The position numbers were made by a program, and so were the translations under genes. A DNA stretch of 32,000 nt from Candidatus Saccharimonadota bacterium (lineage in GTDB: Bacteria; Patescibacteriota; Gracilibacteria; BD1-5; UBA2023), in the NCBI GenBank assembly GCA_046350815.1, contig JAXLZO010000001.1:1-32000 (forward strand). The letters are read 5' to 3'. Below are positions 20,132 through 29,597 of the stretch, piece after piece; within the stretch, counting starts at the first letter, position 1; every line of letters begins with the position of its first letter. The notes beneath the pieces were generated by a model. That model worked only from the letters and a program-made list of their open reading frames with translations. It was not told the origin of the DNA and made no database searches.

Positions 20132-21179
20132 AATTGAGAAACTGAAGCTGATGTATACTATGATCCGATATAGCGGATCATACTCTCAGAAAATAGTAGA
20201 AACTTTTTTTGATAAATACCTCGGTCATCACAAAATCGTTCGTTGGCGAGATGGATTTCCCATCTATAGCAGCTTTGTCCCACCTATTTGGAGCGATGCG
20301 AGTGCACATCTGATGGGTGCAACGTTCTTTGGTCTCGTTGCAGACAAACAAATACCATTTCAGATGAATGTTGCCGTCACGGATATATGCAATGCTCAGT
20401 GCAGTCATTGCAGTTTTTACAATGGTATCCACGATGAAAATCGAACTATGCTCAGCAAAAACGAATACAAATGATTGATATCTCAGGCTCAATCCATCGG
20501 TATCAGTCATATTGGATTTGTCTGATGAGAGCCGCTTATGAGCGAAGATTTCTTTGAGATTCTCGCAGATGTTGATACCAAAAAATCAATTACCACACTT
20601 TTTACGAATGGATATTTTCTCGAGGAAAATGTCGAACGTCTGAACAAATTATGACTCACGACCATAGCAGTAAGTCTCGATAGCCCAGATCTCCACATGC
20701 ATGAAAAACTTCGAGTACTCCCATGACTCAAAGAACGATTGATACGTGGAATTGAGAAGGCAAGAAAGTATAATTTCAATCTTGTTCTGTCCGTGTGTCT
20801 CTTTGAAGGAAATTATTTTCATTTCTCCAGATATATGGAGCTCGCGCGCAAAATGGGATTTCATGAAGTACTTCTTCTCCCAGCGATCCCAACGTGAAGA
20901 TTGAAAAATAAACCTCTCAAAGTGAGCATCAGCGGTGGAAGAGCGCTCAAAAAAATGGTGGATAAATATAACCAGAACTGTGATTACCCACCCATATACC
21001 ACTACAGTTGGATCAGTTCATCTGCATCACTCTGATGCCAAGGAGGAAAAAAATATATCTATATTTCACCATACGGCGATCTTCTCCATTGTGATTTTGC
21101 TAGCAAATCTTATGGTAATATCAAAGACGACACACTCTCGGATCTACTCTTTGGTAATAAGAAATTATGTGGTTTTTAG
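20112..21179 (+). CDS. Radical SAM enzyme with a SPASM/twitch-like C-terminal Cys region
   Basis: VTDICNAQCSHCSF is the CxxxCxxC cluster. In GFV-G-G-EPLM both GGEP glycines are TGA (20523-20528). The C-terminus reads L-G-CQGGKKYIYISPYGDLLHCDF, matching the C.aG...l.i.pdGdv.pC pattern. Stop is TAG at 21177-21179. Confidence 0.85.
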
Positions 21180-21186
21180 CTCAGTA

Positions 21187-21211
21187 AAACAGTCGCAAAT
21201 TGCGACTGTTT
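21187..21211. terminator. Bidirectional hairpin terminator between convergent genes
   Basis: The stem is AAACAGTCGCA / TGCGACTGTTT (11 bp, loop AAT). It lies between the radical-SAM stop (21179) and the rseP stop (21225). Confidence 0.6.
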
Positions 21212-21224
21212 ATGAATACAAAAC

Positions 21225-22394
21225 TTACCAAAACACATCCTTAAAAGCAATCAAAACGCTCAGGATCATCAAGAGAATGAATCCGAATCCATGGTAGTAT
21301 TGAGCAAATTGTTCATATTTTTTTGGAGACATACCACATATTCTCAGAAGAGAAGCAAACGCCTCCTCAACGATGCGACCGCCATCAAGCGCTGGGAATG
21401 GAAGAAGATTAAAGAATCCTATGCTGATCGAGAGAAGTGCAGCAAATATTATATAGATCTGAAATTCAACATTTCATACAATAAGTGAATGTACTCATTT
21501 TCAAGCTGCAATCGGTCCACCAAGTGACTCTACTGCCTCTGCACGTTCTTCACTATTCTTGGGTGCAACAATGCGTTTTGCAAGCGTAGCAAGTGACTCT
21601 CACGCTATACACACCTGATCATACGTCTCCCGAAATCCTGCTTTTATTGCTTCGAACAATGACATTTTATAGCGAAAATCTTTCTTGTAATCTAGCTCTT
21701 TCCAAGAAATATAGCTTTGAATTTTCCCTTTATCATCTTTTTGCACCGCTAATTCTGTGAGTGTGCCAGATTGAAAAATCTGCATTGATATCATATTACC
21801 AGATTTTGCAACAGCGCTAAGAGCTTGTTCTGGAGTTGATATACTCATTCCATTAACAGCAAGCAATGTTGATCCAGAAAGAACTCATGACCGCATAGCA
21901 GAACCTCAATCGAGTGGATTCAGAACAACACCACTTGCAGAAATAAATCCAGATTGTTGAGCCTGAGTAAAAGATGGAAAAAGAAGTGATGTTCTCTCAA
22001 ATGGCAGATGTGAATTATGAATCATGAGTGGTGAAACTCCCGAGAAAAATAATCATGAAAGTATTACGCCTGCAAAGAGAAAATTGAAAACAATTCACAT
22101 AATCAACACCCATATCTTTGTGAAGAGTGACTTTGATCGGAGACTTTTCGGTCATCGCTCTTCTGGGGTTTCTCCTTCCAATCGCACAAAACCTCAAATT
22201 GGCAACCAGTTGAGTGTATATTGTGTACCGTATCGATCTTTTCCAAGAATCTTTGCTTTTGGAGGAATGCCAATTCAAAATTCTCGCACTCGAACACCGA
22301 CCGATCGAGCAGCAAGAAAATGCCCAAGCTCATGTACGACAACCACGAGAAGAAAAAGAACAAGAGTAACAATGATAGAAAAGAAAATCAACAT
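21225..22394 (-). CDS. rseP: RseP-type site-2 zinc metalloprotease (M50) with a PDZ domain
   Basis: ATG at 22394. MLIFFSIIVTLVLFLLVVVVHELGHFLAARSVGVRVREF-G-IGIPP carries the HExxH motif. NWLPI-G-GFVRLEGE matches PLGGYV. The PDZ region is track ORF 21600..21866. The C-terminal motif is FFNLLPFPALDGGRIV. Stop is TAA at 21225-21227. Length is 1170 nt. Confidence 0.9.
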
Positions 22395-22456
22395 AAAATA
22401 CCACGCTAAAAGAAGAGTGGTATTCTAGTGATTTTTATCAAAGATCCAACTGGAAA

Positions 22457-22750
22457 CTACTTACGTGCAAGTTTTTCTTTGAGTTTATCAAAGAGATGAT
22501 TAATAAGATCTGCAAGATGCACATATCGTTCACGATCAAAGTGAAAATGCTGATCAACGATATCCACATTGAGAGTTCATGAGTAGCTACCATCATCAGC
22601 ATGGAGCTCAATTTTTACATCGATACGTACTTCCCTATCGGCAAACGGACGAAGGTAGGAATCAAGTTTGTTCTCAAGATTTTCAGAGACAAGACGTTCT
22701 GTTGCAGGTTTTGCAGAATCTGGAGCGTGAATAATAATTGTTTGTGACAT
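22457..22750 (-). CDS. hpf: Ribosome hibernation-promoting factor / RaiA (short form)
   Basis: Translation is MSQTIIIHAPDSAKPATERLVSENLENKLDSYLRPFADREVRIDVKIELHADDGSYS-G-TLNVDIVDQHFHFDRERYVHLADLINHLFDKLKEKLARK. It shows the S30AE-family pattern and has one TGA. Stop is TAG at 22457-22459. Confidence 0.7.
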
Positions 22751-22779
22751 AGGCAAAAAGTTAAGAACGAACCATGGAT

Positions 22780-23583
22780 TTATCAGTGATTTGGTGGATC
22801 GCTTCCATGGCGTGATTCATGATGAACAGTCGTACTTCATACATCTTCTCGGAGATCAATCGTATCAACACGAAGTTTTGCAGTCTCGACAAAATATTTG
22901 TGACGTGGTTTATCATCCCCGACATGATAACCGATGGAATGATGCTCAATTGGGGTTACCTTCTCTTTTACCACATCCGTGAGTGTTCGCAAAAGAAGTG
23001 AAAATGCCTCTTGATCGCTCATAGCGCCCGCATCTGCAGCATCATTAAGGGTATGGGATGCAAGATCACTATGGTTTCCTCGCATAATAGATCGGATGGC
23101 GAGTGCACCATCATCTGGAAAGATCGCTCACCGGAGTATCGGATCAAGATTCGAATCCGTCGTATGAAGGCGAATATCGCCCCGAAGAAGAATCGGATCA
23201 TAGAAGGTAGATGAAGTGCTTGAGACACTCACGATCGACTGTGGATCGATGTATGACTCATCAAATGATATTCCCGAATATCGCAAGTCTACCATACCAT
23301 TGGTCGTCACGATCCAGACTCGAAAATACCAGAGACAGATATTATAGAGCACCACTATATAAATAGCGATGAGAAGCATATTCATACTCATCGGAGTGAG
23401 GAGCGCATGAATACCAAATGAGTTGTATTTATAGAGAAAAATCGGGAGAAATATACCAAAAAATACCCAAGGTGTTATCGACTCGATCAATTCAAAAGGA
23501 TGAAGCCGAATAATACGCACTATCTGCTCGACAGGAACGATTCGTCCGAACAAGAACGATTCAAAAGCAGAGACGCTATTCAT
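22780..23583 (-). CDS. Hypothetical membrane protein (N-terminal TM hairpin plus a possible bPH-like soluble domain)
   Basis: Track ORFs 23128..23583 and 22837..23085 are in one frame, joined by TGA at 23128 and extended through TGA at 22837 and 22783 to TAA at 22780-22782. Confidence 0.55.
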
Positions 23584-23727
23584 ATATTCTGATTATAGTC
23601 TGAGAGGAAAAATTCTCAATAAAAAAATCTCACTTTGATTGCTGCAATTCTCATGATGATTGAAGTATAAAAATACTCTTTGTAATTAAATTCTTTGTAT
23701 CTCAAGATATACTGAATATTATTCATC

Positions 23728-24048
23728 ATGATCTCATTTCTTCCCCACTTCGATATGAACGAAACATTTATTCTTATTCTCACCTTTCTCTATTCCATAG
23801 GTTGAGTAGTGACTTTTTTTGGATTTATCCCAACTATGTTGGATTTATGGAAAGGAAAACCAAGTGCAAATATATCTACCTATATTGTTTGGACGCTCAC
23901 AACACTTTTCACTTCGCTTTATGGCATTTTTGTGCTGCAAAATTTAATCTTCATAATAGTGATCAATCTCCAATTATTAGCATGTGTTTTTGTTCTCATA
24001 TTGAGACTCAGATTGAATTATCTGAAAAAAAATTCTACATTGAGATAA
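23728..24048 (+). CDS. Three-TM PQ-loop/SemiSWEET-like small membrane protein
   Basis: ATG 23728 is in frame with track ORF 23809..24048 through one TGA. FFGFIPTMLDLWKGKPSANISTYIVW resembles the PQ-loop motif (lPQ....k.ks..g.S), with Thr in place of Gln. Confidence 0.45.
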
Positions 24049-24052
24049 GAGT

Positions 24053-24439
24053 ATGACAAATATCAAACTTCACCAAAAGGCAATCATCTTCAATCACGAA
24101 GGTAAGATTTTAACGCTCAAAGCAAGCTACAAATGACTCAAATGGGACCTACCAGGTGGTGGACTGGAATTCCCAGAGCTTCACGAAGAAGCACTCAGAC
24201 GTGAAATCAGAGAAGAAACAAGTCTCGAAATACAAAATATTGTTCCGCTCGAAATACAGAATGTCTACAACAAAGAAGCCGATGAATATATGATCTTCAT
24301 CGGTTATAAATGCTGAGTTCTATCCGGATCAATCAAGCTTAGTTCAGAGCACTCCGAATATAGATGGGTAACCAAGGATCAATTTCTCACTCTGGATGCA
24401 ATACCATATCTCAAAGATTATGTAGCAAAGTTTTGCTAG
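24053..24439 (+). CDS. NUDIX hydrolase
   Basis: The Nudix box is PGGGLEFPELHEEALRREIREETSL (GX5EX7REUXEEXGU). Two in-frame TGA codons. Stop is TAG at 24437-24439. Confidence 0.85.
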
Positions 24440-24488
24440 TCTTAAATCCATTATTATTATCAAAGTAAAAATTAACATTACGTTTTAT

Positions 24489-24764
24489 ATGACCGATAAA
24501 GAAGATCCAATCGTTCCCCTGTTTATTCCGAGTCTTGTTGCAAAATTAAAAGCAGCTGAAGATAAAAAGGGTTCCTCTCTGACAGAAGAAGAAGTTATCA
24601 ATATGAGAGATATTTCAATTGCCGTAACAGTGCCATTGACAATTCGCAATGAAATTTGGGAATCTCGTGGTTATAATGATATCAGTGTAGAAAACTGTTG
24701 GCAAGATTGGTGTGAAATAAGAAAAGAACTACTCAACTATGATACAACAAAAATGGCACTTTAA
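24489..24764 (+). CDS. Hypothetical protein (91 aa)
   Basis: The ORF is intact in any code and is followed directly by a strong hairpin. No family recognised. Confidence 0.5.
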   Translation: MTDKEDPIVPLFIPSLVAKLKAAEDKKGSSLTEEEVINMRDISIAVTVPLTIRNEIWESRGYNDISVENCWQDWCEIRKELLNYDTTKMAL

Positions 24765-24774
24765 GTGCCATTTT
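24748..24774. terminator. Hairpin terminator overlapping the stop codon, shared by convergent genes
   Basis: The stem is AAAAATGGCACT / AGTGCCATTTTT (loop TTA), flanked by an A run and a T run, so it could work in both directions. Confidence 0.6.
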
Positions 24775-24804
24775 TATAACAAGATATTTTGATTCACAAC
24801 AATC

Positions 24805-26853
24805 TTACTCATCCTTCTTCAGCGATACATTCATACGAAAGATCGTATCATCACTCACATAGCGACCCTTTACCGCTGAGAGACAACGAGTGACATTTGC
24901 ATGCCAATTCTTACTCGATGAGGCATAGATTGGTCAGGTAAGATTGCCATAGCGAGAGAGCTCTGATACCTTGGTATAATTCCCGAGATATCGGTTATTG
25001 AGCGTCTTTGCCATCATTCGTACTCACGTCTGTGGAGAACTAAATGTTCGAACATCCCCACTATCGGTATTACCGATATTACCAACATTGTATCCCGTCT
25101 TGAGATGACGACCCAGTCCTGTCTCAGCAAGACCAACACACATCATAAATGCAGGGTCAATACCACCAGCAAGTGACTCATCCGTCCACATATCCCAATT
25201 CTGGAAGGCTGGTGTTGCATACGTGTTGAGAAGGTATTTCTGACGATCAACTTCTGTTGCACCACTGAGCATAAACGTGCTTGGCGAATCCATCTTCGGC
25301 GCTGATCCAAACCGAGCAAAATAATCAGCGGCATATTTATCAAGATATCGCTCAGTGAGTCATTTTGGTTCAAGATTCGAGATATTCATATATTGGAGCG
25401 GATCGACTGCTTCACCATCTTTGAACACCTCAAAATGAAGATGGGGACCAGAAGTCATAGAGCCAGCACCAACTGTACCACGTGCCCCACCACTCTGTGC
25501 GATAATTTGTCCGCGCTGAACTACATCAAATTTTGATACATTCACGCTCGAGATATGACCATATACGGTCATAAATCCATTCGGATGTTTGATCGCAACA
25601 TATCCATATCATGTCTTCGTTGGAGGGTTGATATAGTAGACATATCCATCCGCTGGAGATAAAATATCAGTTGACTGAGCCACAGGGATATCGATCGCAT
25701 CATGATGCGATCCGAGCGCTTCGTAATACTCACTGTCGTGAAAATAACTTGAAATTCTTGAACTTGCAACGGGCCAAGAAAGAGGGTTACTCGAGTCATC
25801 AGCCATTGCAGAAGTCATGATTTTCTTCTCTGCCTCAAAATACGATGCGAGCGTTACACATTCAATACTACTTTGAGCATCGAGCACAATCGATGCTTTT
25901 TCATTCACACTACATCATTTTACTGCAGCAATTTCCTCAAATGTCTTCTGATAAACATTACTGACTTCTGAGAGATGCGCAGAGAGTTTTTCACTCGATT
26001 CACTTCGTTCAATGATGAGAGTATTAAGTTGTGATTCATCATCTTTTGCCTGTGTAAGAAGAGCTTCTTTATAGTCTTTTTGATCATCGAGAGTGATCTG
26101 ATAATTCTCGAGGTCTTTCTTTGCCACCTCGAGGTCTTCTTTTTGCTTTTGGAGACTGAGGTTCTCCTGATAGAGTGCTGCGACCGCACTACGATAATTA
26201 TCGATAAATTCTTTACCAGCGAGCTCGAGCAATGCTTGAGAATAAATGTCATCGAGCACACGAGCAACATCATTGGAATTCATCACAATCGTCTTGAGAA
26301 GATCAACATCCTGATTTTTTACATCAAACACAACATCTCATTTCGTATAAATAACTTCAAGATATTGAAGGAGGATCGCCTTACTTGCAGCTATTTTTTC
26401 CTGAAGTGCACTCACTCGATTTTGAGTCGATCTTATATTTGCCTCGATACCGACACTGTCACGTTCACGTTTTTCGATCTCAGTCTGAGTTAAGCTCATA
26501 TCTTGTTCGATCTGAGCAATAGCATCCTTAAGACTCATTTTCTTTTCAACAACATTTCTCTTCATTTCCTTATACTGATCTTTTGTTTCATTGACACGAT
26601 TGAGCATTTGTGCAAGTGTATTTGCTTTGCGCTCCGCAAGAAAGAGTTTCTGTTCAACTCATTGAGGGAAAGGGGATGTCTCAAAAAGGAGTACTTTTTC
26701 TCATTCTTTAAAACGATCAAGAATAACCGCAGATCTTGATTTCTCTATACTGACAAAATTCTCAGCAAAAAGAGATACTGGAAAAATATGAGCTAGAGAT
26801 GTAGCAATCAAAGTATATGAGAGAATATTGAGAAGAAGAAGGCGATTTTGCAT
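24805..26853 (-). CDS. Secreted multidomain cell-wall hydrolase: signal peptide, long coiled coil (EnvC-like), M23 peptidase and a C-terminal glucosaminidase-like domain
   Basis: Six track ORFs (26701.., 26338.., 25915.., 25609.., 25360.., 25024..) all lie in one minus frame, separated only by TGA. The signal peptide is MQNRLLLLNILSYTLIATSLAHI. M23 motifs are HDAIDIPV, G-YGYVAIKHPNGFMTVYGHIS and GPHLHFEVFKDGEAVDP. The C-terminal domain reads VGLAETGLGRHLKTGYNVGNIGN...PIYASSSKNWHANV. Stop is TAA at 24805-24807. Confidence 0.85.
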
Positions 26854-26909
26854 GTCTGAGAAAGTGTATATACTCCAGCCTATCATATACACCCCACATC
26901 TGACAAATT

Positions 26910-27386
26910 ATGGAGCCACTTATTTCAAAATTCTATTGACAGTCAAAAAATCAAATTTATAAAGATATTTGAGAAGAAACATTAGAGTCTATCGCCTGTT
27001 CACTCGCACAAGAACTCAAGGAAACCTGAGGAAAATATATTATCGGTCTCAAGTGAGATCTTGGCATGGGTAAGACAACATTTGCTCGTGCGTTCATACG
27101 ATCCTACGAAAACAAGCCAGACCTTGAGGTAACAAGCCCAACCTATACCTACTACAAGCTTTATCCGAATGTCACACACTTTGATCTCTATCGTCTCGAA
27201 GAGTACAATAATTTTGTTGCACTCTGATGAGAAGAATACCTCGACCAAGCACAAGTTGCACTTATCGAATGGTCAGATCTCATAAAGGATTATTATAGTT
27301 TTGATATCTTGATTGAGTTGAGTGGTGAGAGGGATGGAAAGAAGAGGGATGTAGCTATAAATCTTTCGAGAAGTTTCGTAGCTTAA
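26910..27386 (+). CDS. tsaE: tRNA t6A37 biosynthesis ATPase TsaE (YjeE)
   Basis: Motifs are IIGLK-G-DLGMGKTTFARAF (P-loop, TGA at 27054-27056), VTSPTYTYYKLY, HFDLYRLEE and VALIEWSD. Stop is TAA at 27384-27386. Confidence 0.85.
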
Positions 27387-27435
27387 TAATAGCTTGTTTG
27401 GAAATAGACAAAATTTGACATTCTATGAGAAATGC

Positions 27436-28156
27436 TAGGGTCTAGACTAGCAAATTTTTAAAAATAGCTTTTTTTGCGAGTCTGAAATTTTTATAATTGT
27501 ATCGAAATTCGCACCCTTTCAAACGAAGATGAAATTTATCTGGGGCAATCCCATTAAACTTTGCCATTCTTCTTTTGCAGAAACTCCAGAAAGATTCAAT
27601 ACCATTCACATGATTCTTTCCTCTGGCAAACTCATTCTCACTGTGAAATACCCTATAGTGATCATATCCATTTAAAACAAGAGAATCATATGCTTTCCAT
27701 CCATCCGTATAGATGGTAGATCATTCCAGTATTTTCCCATGAATAATTGGCATAAGTTCACTTCTGGAGCAGTTCTCTACAATACTTACAAATACTCTTC
27801 CATCTCGCTTGAGAAGTCCAAACACTGGTGTTTTTCCTGCAGCTCACCTTCCTCTTTTTCATCTAACCCGACGAGCACCAAAGTAACTTTCATCCAGTTC
27901 AAATTCTCATCAGAATTCATACCTTTCTTTGAAACTCTTTGATTCCTCAATGGAAATTCGCACAATAGCCTCTCGAAATCGGTTATACCAAAGATTCACA
28001 CTATTACGATTTATCCCCATAATTTTTGCTGTCTGAGTAGCAGTAAAATCCTCAAAAAAATAGTAAAAAATTCTTCAAATTTTATAAGTCGATAATTTTG
28101 TGTATTTGATCATAAGCAAATAGTGTAAGAAGTACTATTTGCTAGTCAAGACCCTA
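27436..28156 (-). mobile_element. IS1595-family insertion sequence (about 721 bp) with 20-bp imperfect terminal inverted repeats
   Basis: IRL is TAGGGTCTAGACTAGCAAAT (27436-27455). The reverse complement of IRR (28137-28156) is TAGGGTCTTGACTAGCAAAT, a 19/20 match. The repeats enclose a single transposase gene. I could not identify a target-site duplication. Confidence 0.8.
27442..28113 (-). CDS. IS1595-family (ISXO2-like DDE) transposase, intact under code 25
   Basis: The protein (223 aa) contains F-G-G-EFELDESYFGARRVR-G-KRGR-G-AAGKTPVFGLLKRDGRVFV...STIYTDGWKAYDSLVLNGYDHYRVFHSENEFARGKNHVNGIESFWSFCKRRMAKFNGI. I scanned every codon. There are six in-frame TGA codons (28075, 27910, 27907, 27859, 27844, 27721) and no TAA or TAG until 27442-27444. 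Confidence 0.85.
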
Positions 28157-28187
28157 TGCTATTATTATGATATATAATACACAATTT

Positions 28188-28409
28188 ATGGAACAACAGA
28201 GTAATAATAATGTTGCATGATCAATATCTCATAGCCCTGAAAGGGGTAGATGGGCAGCTAAACAAGCAAAAGCTATTTTGGCGGTAGATAACATTAAACC
28301 AACCCAAGAGTGAGAAGAACTTGCTCAAAGAGTAGAAAATGGGGAGATATCTTATGAAGAAGCAATACAAGCACTAGTAAATAGAGCACATGAATATGCT
28401 AAAAGATAG
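28188..28409 (+). CDS. Small protein resembling the VbhA-type antitoxin domain (73 aa)
   Basis: The sequence is ...ERGRWAAKQAKAILAVDNIKPTQE-G-EELAQRVENGEISYEEAIQALVNRAHEYAKR. It has the same layout as VbhA (RR..A...ALAS.RLEG..P......v.GE.....i..L), but the (S/T)xxxE(G/N) inhibitory motif is not conserved. A TATAAT box lies at about 28173. Confidence 0.4.
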
Positions 28410-28526
28410 AATTCATGATCACTGGCGTAAAGCAAATCAAATTGAGAGAAAACTCCAAGTACATACAAAGACCCACCCATTCTTCAGAATTTTCAATTTC
28501 AACACCTAAAAACAATTCCACCATAT

Positions 28527-29564
28527 CTATCTCCAAAATCTCATCCACCTTACGATCCACAACAAATAATATTTCCAAGAAAGTATTATCATGCATCCCT
28601 GGGGAAATCTCACCACCTCCCCACCAAATCGAGATTTGAAGAAGCTAACACCTGCAAGATGATGTTTTTTCTGGTTTTCTGGAGCGATCCCGAGAAAATC
28701 ATAGATTTTCCGACCTGTCTCCATCGCATATCAAATCATCGCTCACTGTATAACAAAACTGGCCATCAATTTCTTCGCCTCACTCTCCCCAGCTGATGCA
28801 CCGTAATAATAATACGCCATATCTCAACAAGCAATATAGAGAGCACTCGCCAAAGGATCAGTGTATGATGGATGCTTTGCCTCAAAAAGACGTACCTCTA
28901 GAGCATCTGACTGCAAAGATGCTAGTGCTTCAAACATCGAACGTGAATTAATCGAGAACCCATCTCGCTTTGCTGTGTCTGCAAGGAGTCAGTAAAATCA
29001 ATTAATATTTTCCATTGAGAATAAGCGATTGGATACAGTGACTCAACGTTTTTCACCAAGACGTAGATTATATCGACCTTTTTCATGCATGTTTGCAAGG
29101 ATCGTCTCATATGAGTCATCAAGACGAATAATTCGTGTATATGGTTCGATAAATTTCTTCCAAAATCACTTTTTCACGTTTTCTTGCTTGAGTAGTATAT
29201 CTTCAACGTCTCATTCAAGTGGTTCAAATGAAAGAAAAACTAATCTATGCTTGAGAGACCAAGATTGCAACTCTTTCATATGTTCTGCAAAAAACTCATC
29301 ATCATTTCACATCACGATCGGACCGCCAATCACAAATCATCCATATTGCCCAAGTCCTATTCTGCGAATCTGTAGAGCACTCCATATTCGACATCCTGAT
29401 CATTCTGAAAAAAGAATGATACTCTCACTCGTTGCATCACCCGCATTGATCACCATTTGTTGCCATTCTTTCGTTTGCCAGAGAGAAATATTATCCAAAT
29501 GGATTGACAGGAGAGCTAAAGAAGTTTTGTTATAAAATTGATGTTTATACTTTTTTATGCTCAT
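28527..29564 (-). CDS. FemAB-family aminoacyl-tRNA-dependent peptidoglycan peptide-bridge transferase
   Basis: The frame runs from ATG 29564 through about 12 TGA codons to TAG at 28527-28529. Motifs are WQTKEWQQMVINAG, KGRYNLRLGEKR-G-V, YYYYGASAGE, FVIQ-G-AMI-G-YAMETGRKIYDFLGIAPE and GVSFFKSRFGGEVVRF (compare Gv..FK..fGG). Confidence 0.78.
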
Positions 29565-29597
29565 AAATTTGCAAAGAATGAAAAGATAGTATAGCAT

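Noticed and set aside
26080-26493. A 137-aa + strand ORF, with similar antisense ORFs at 22024..22428 and 13306..13758.
   Set aside because: Each lies opposite a gene with strong motif support (the M23 coiled-coil protein, rseP and radical SAM respectively). Long antisense ORFs are common opposite AT-rich and coiled-coil coding sequence.
28399-28596. A 65-aa minus-strand ORF that could indicate a frameshifted C-terminus of the FemAB gene.
   Set aside because: The FemAB frame already reaches a proper TAG at 28527 with a plausible hydrophobic or aromatic C-terminal tail. I have no evidence for a frameshift, so I did not call a pseudogene.
29029-29535. A 168-aa + strand ORF.
   Set aside because: It is antisense to the FemAB-family gene, whose translation carries family motifs (FK..FGG and YYYYGAS). 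The + strand product is Ser/Cys/Arg-rich and looks spurious.
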